Assembly (NCBI GenBank): GCA_964016885.1
Contig: OZ024749.1
Location: 35,030,001-35,094,000, forward strand
Direction of reading: 5' to 3'
From: Eledone cirrhosa
Lineage: Eukaryota
Length of the DNA stretch: 64,000 nt
Under the pieces are notes generated by a model, which was not told the origin of the DNA, ran no database searches, and saw only the letters and a program-made list of their open reading frames with translations. Both the position numbers and the translations under genes were made by a program. Positions 59,517-64,000 of this stretch are shown one piece after another (positions within the stretch are counted from its first letter, which is position 1; the number at the start of each line of letters is the position of its first letter).

Positions 59517-59717
59517 ATAAATCGACAACAGAAGGCTGGACTGGAAGATATGTTTTAAAATTTTGATTCCGTGAAATCACTATACATATTTCGATGATGC
59601 AAGACAGGGCGATCTCATCAGGCAACTTCGACAGAAATACATAACAGGGTTACGTTGAACCTAAACTTTTAATAATTGGTAATCAAAATAATATATACAT
59701 TTATATATATATATATA

Positions 59718-59857
59718 TAACAAAGAGGGTGTGGTAAGATATCAGGTGGACAATAACGCACCAGAGTACTCAGTACTTAAGGTAGCAGAGTAGGTAATAG
59801 GAAAAGAGTCTGGGCCCCGACGGCTGAGCTCAGGCCGTTGGGGTCCTGACTCTTTTC

Positions 59858-59860
<3 letters not shown>
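59718..59860 (-). mobile_element. Diverged family C copy, folded back at GAGCTC
   Basis: GGAAAAGAGTC..GACGGCT-GAGCTC-..GACTCTTTTCC. Confidence 0.75.
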
Positions 59861-59898
<38 letters not shown>

Positions 59899-59994
59899 CT
59901 GTACAAATTATTACCGGTCAAAAGAGTACGTAACTATCTATCTCTATATAAAAACTATTGTTAACTGATCAAAGCAGACTTCAGTAGGCTACAC

Positions 59995-60034
59995 TATACT
60001 GATGAGTGCCTAATAAAACTGAAACATGTCCATA
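59995..60034 (+). ncRNA. Degenerate type I hammerhead motif
   Basis: CTGATGAG..GAA-ACATGT-C with a palindromic stem III and GUC. Stems I and II are eroded. Confidence 0.5.
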
Positions 60035-60571
60035 ACTGACTCCTTGCCTGTAAACAAAGATCAGATTCTCCTCTAAACATGTAAATTATTTTAACGAAAT
60101 TAATTCTTTTTTTAAAAAATCATGTCACGCTGCTCCAGTCCACTCAAATGGGAGAATATAAGGAGTTGTACAAAACGCCAGCCTCGTTACAGACTGTGTA
60201 ACACCGAATCTCCCTGAGAACAGACTGTGTAACGCCGAATCTCCCTGAGAACAGTCTGTGTAACGCCGAATCTCCCTGAAAACAAGGGTGCATCTGTCTT
60301 GTGTAACGCCCAGCCACTTGCACGTTAATTTCACGAGCAAGTTGTTCTGTTGTTCGAACAACTGGAAAACACATCGTCGTAACCGACGAAGATCCAATAC
60401 TATCGTAACATTAAATGGGATATTTCTCCTTCCTTCAAAAGCGGGCAAGTTCCAGAGTGGTTAGGACGTCGGATAGAATGCATTTCGGTATTTCTTCTGA
60501 CACTCTGTATTGTCAGTTCAAATACTTCCTTGGTCAGCTTTGCCTTTCAGCTTTATCGAGGTCGATAAATA

Positions 60572-61065
60572 TAATTGTTTCTACTTTAGGCACAAGGCCA
60601 GCAAATTACCCAGTGCATTACTGGTACTTTATTCTATCGACCCCCGTAAGGATGAAAGGCAAAGTCAACCTCGGCGGGATTTGAACTCAGATCGTAAAGC
60701 GACGTAACTATGCTGGAAAGCATGGCGTCCGACCCTCTACCGATACTGCCAATCCACCGAGGTCGATAAATATAATTGTTTCTACTTTTGGCACAAGGCC
60801 AGCAATTACCCAGTGTATTACTGGTACTTTATTTTATCGACCCCGTAAGGATGAAAGGCAAAGTTAACCTCGGCGGGATTTGAACTCAGAATGGCAAGGG
60901 CCGTAACTCTATGCGTCAAAGCATGGCGTCCGACCCTCTACCGATACTGCCAATCCACCGATAAATATAATTGTTTCTACTTTAGGCACAAGGCCAGCCA
61001 TTACCCAGTGCATTACTGGTACTTTATTTTATCGACCCCGTAAGGATGAAAGGCAAAGTCAACCT
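60572..61065 (-). mobile_element. Three Meta-core SINEs stacked inside an older plus-strand SINE
   Basis: Copies at 60572-60758, 60773-60959 and 60968-61065, separated by duplicated target (CGAGGT)CGATAAATATAAT. Confidence 0.92.
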
Positions 61066-61689
61066 CATACCAGTTAAATACTGTAGTCGAGTCTTCCTGT
61101 CACTCCTCTTTCTTTTTCTCTGTATATTTCTCTGGAAGAAATCGGCTGTTTTCTGACTTGGAGAGAGATAGGTTCTGCCAGGTTTAAATGCCAAGATACA
61201 CCTTAGAAAAAATGCAAAGATCTAGCATTAAAGATGCTAAATTGGCAACACTGACCCATAGATAGGTAAATTTCTTCCCAGCCATAATGAAATCCATACT
61301 CAACCAACAACAACTGAAAATAATTATTTTCCTCTCGAAAATTCTTTAAATACCTTCTTTAGAGGGGCAGGCGTGATTTGTAAGTCCCCCGTTCCTCACC
61401 CATTAACAGCAGAGATCTTTTTTTATTGTTGTTACTGTCTCCTAGCTGCTTACCCGACCCCGATACCATCACCAACAGCTACCCAGTCAATTAGTCACCC
61501 AGCCAGTCATCCATGCATTCATCCAAGTTACCAGCCAGCCAGTCGTTGTCTGGACCAGCTCTCACAATACATTCCCCAATATAAACCTAATCATCCAGCC
61601 ATCCAGCCATCCAGCCACCCAGCCAACCAGCCACCCAGCCACCCAGCCACCCAGCCAACCAGCCAACAATCCAGCCAGCTAACCGCCCA

Positions 61690-62530
61690 ACCAACCGTTG
61701 CCTGGACCAGCTCTTTCAATAGATTCCCCAATATAAACAATATCAGCCACCCAACCAGTTAACAATCCAGCCAGCCGTTGCCTGGACCAGCTCTTACAAT
61801 AGATTCCCCAATATAAACAATATCAGCCACCCAACCAGTTAACAATCCAGCCAGCCGTTGCCTGGACAAGCTCTTACAATAGATTCCCCAATATAAACAA
61901 TATCAGCCACCCAACCAGTTAACAATCCAGCCAGCCGTTGCCTGGACAAGCTCTTACAATAGATTCCCCAATATAAACAATATCAGCCACCCAACCAGTT
62001 AACAATCCAGCCAGCCGTTGCCTGGACAAGCTCTTACAATAGATTCCCCAATATAAACAATATCAGCCAGCCAACCAGTTAACAATCCAGCCAGCCGTTG
62101 CCTGGACCAGCTCTTACAATAGATTCCCCAATATAAACAATATCAGCCACCCAACCAGTTAACAATCCAGCCAGCCGTTGCCTGGACAAGCTCTTACAAT
62201 AGATTCCCCAATATAAACAATATCAGCCAGCCAACCAGTTAACAATCCAGCCAGCCGTTGCCTGGACCAGCTCTTACAATAGATTCCCCAATATAAACAA
62301 TATCAGCCACCCAACCAGTTAACAATCCAGCCAGCCGTTGCCTGGACCAGCTCTTACAATAGATTCCCCAATATAAACAATATCAGCCACCCAACCAGTT
62401 AACAATCCAGCCAGCCGTTGCCTGGACCAGCTCTTACAATAGATTCCCCAATATAAACAATATCAGCCAGCCAACAAGCCACCCGACCAGCCAAAGCCGT
62501 TGCCTAGACCAACTCTTACAATACATTCCC
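61690..62530 (+). repeat. 80-bp minisatellite, about 10 copies
   Basis: TATCAGCCA recurs every 80 bp from 61741 to 62461. Confidence 0.97.
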
Positions 62531-62740
62531 CAGTATCAACAGCCATCTAGCAGCCATCTAGCTCCCCGACCAAATAACCAGCCACCCAGCCAGTCGTTGT
62601 CCCATATTAGTTTAGACTGAGGTCATATTACCCTGTCTATGTACCAGACACCTTAAACTACACATCTATACCCATATAAATGTGCATATGTATCTGTGTA
62701 GATAGCCTAAGTATACACACCTCACACTACACGCCTATAC

Positions 62741-62788
<48 letters not shown>

Positions 62789-62790
<2 letters not shown>

Positions 62791-63256
62791 GTTATTCCGG
62801 GTTGAATCGGAGGTAACTACAGTAAGTAAGGTACTCAATACATAGCAGAGTATAAAAGTTTTAATATAGTAGGGATTCTACAGGACTAGAACTGTTTCAT
62901 TCATTAGAAATCATCAGGAATCTGGGTATCAAAAAATAAAAATGGTATTTATAGGTCTCTACAAGTGGTAGGAGAGGGTGGGGAGTGGGATGGGTGTAGG
63001 TCATTGGTTGATAGAAAAGGGAATTCATTAAAAGCTAATTCTACAAAGCTATAGTTTATTTTTATTTATTTATGTTTTTAGAGTAACAAGGGCAGACAGA
63101 ATTCTATAAACAGGTTCCGGATGGCATACCATTCCTTGTCATTAAGTTTCTCTTAAGCTAACAGATGTCTATAAAATCAGTGGGGGGTCAGTCATGGTCG
63201 ATAGAATTAAAGAAAAGGGAGATTCTTTAAAAGCTAAAATCATTAAGGTTCTACTA
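62789..63256 (-). mobile_element. Longest family D copy (hammerhead at 62874-62922)
   Basis: Homologous to 36897-37030 plus ~330 bp upstream, including TATAAAT. (TA)n on both sides. Confidence 0.8.
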
Positions 63257-63345
63257 ATATATAATATATATATATATATATATTTCGTTTCTGGCAACAT
63301 GACCCTCCCAAAGTATAACAATATATATATTATATATATATATAT

Positions 63346-63492
63346 AACGAAGGAAATGTGGTAAGGAACCAGGTGGACCATAACGCACCAAAGTACTCAA
63401 TACTTAGGGTAGTAGAGTGGGTAATAGGAACGTTCCTATATATATATATATATATATATAGGAACGTTCCTATTACCCACTCTACTACCCTA
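63346..63492 (-). mobile_element. Family C copy, folded back at GGAACGTTCC
   Basis: Same 3' tail as 14051, with the mirrored arm across a (TA)n spacer. Confidence 0.8.
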
Positions 63493-63582
63493 TATATATA
63501 TGTGTGTGTGTGTCTATGTATCTATCTGTATAAAGCTTAGCTAGATACATCTCAAACCACACAGCTATACTCTTATAATAAA

Positions 63583-63716
63583 ATAATTGTTTCTACTTTT
63601 GGCACAAGGCCAGCAATTACCCAGTACCTTACTGGTACTTTATTTTATCGACCCCGTAAGGATGAAAGGCAAAGTTAACCTCAACGGGATTTGAACTCAG
63701 TCCGTAAAGGGACGTA
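63583..63716 (-). mobile_element. 5'-truncated Meta-core SINE
   Basis: Reverse complement of the family consensus. Confidence 0.88.
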
Positions 63717-64000
63717 ATAATAATGAAATTATTGTGTACGGTGCTCAGGTGCACTACAATGTGTAGCTGTATCTGTCTATATAGCCTATACGTACCTCAA
63801 GGCGGTGAATTGGCAGAGAGTCGTTAGAACGTCAAATAGAATGCTTTGCGGTATTTGTACCGACTCTCTGCTCTCTGAGTTCAAATCCCACCGAGGTCAA
63901 CTTTGCTTTTCATCCTTTCAGGATCGGTAAAAAAAAAAGCACCAGTCTAGTACTGGGATCGATTCTTCCTCTATATCTCTTTATCGCATCCTCACTCTCA

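Overview
AT-rich, repeat-saturated animal intergenic or intronic DNA. The SINE families and microsatellite load suggest an octopus-like cephalopod (inference). I find no supportable host protein-coding exon; nearly all listed ORFs are microsatellite or satellite read-throughs. Supported features: one intact tRNA-Leu(TAA), about 25 tRNA-derived SINE copies, decayed RTE and CR1 LINE fragments, a composite hAT element with an 8-bp TSD, Helentron, mariner and Harbinger-like MITEs, several minisatellites and a 200-N gap. The main unexplained signal is about 18 type I hammerhead ribozyme motifs plus several degenerate or half motifs. They come from roughly 10 sequence-unrelated short families, mostly abutting (TA)n or (CA)n tracts, and many are rearranged into fold-back palindromes whose turning points fall on the element's own hairpins. 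This best fits non-autonomous Penelope-like or retrozyme-like retroelements that target microsatellites. No autonomous Penelope ORF is visible here, and ribozyme activity is untested. Coordinates were read by eye and may be off by a few bases.
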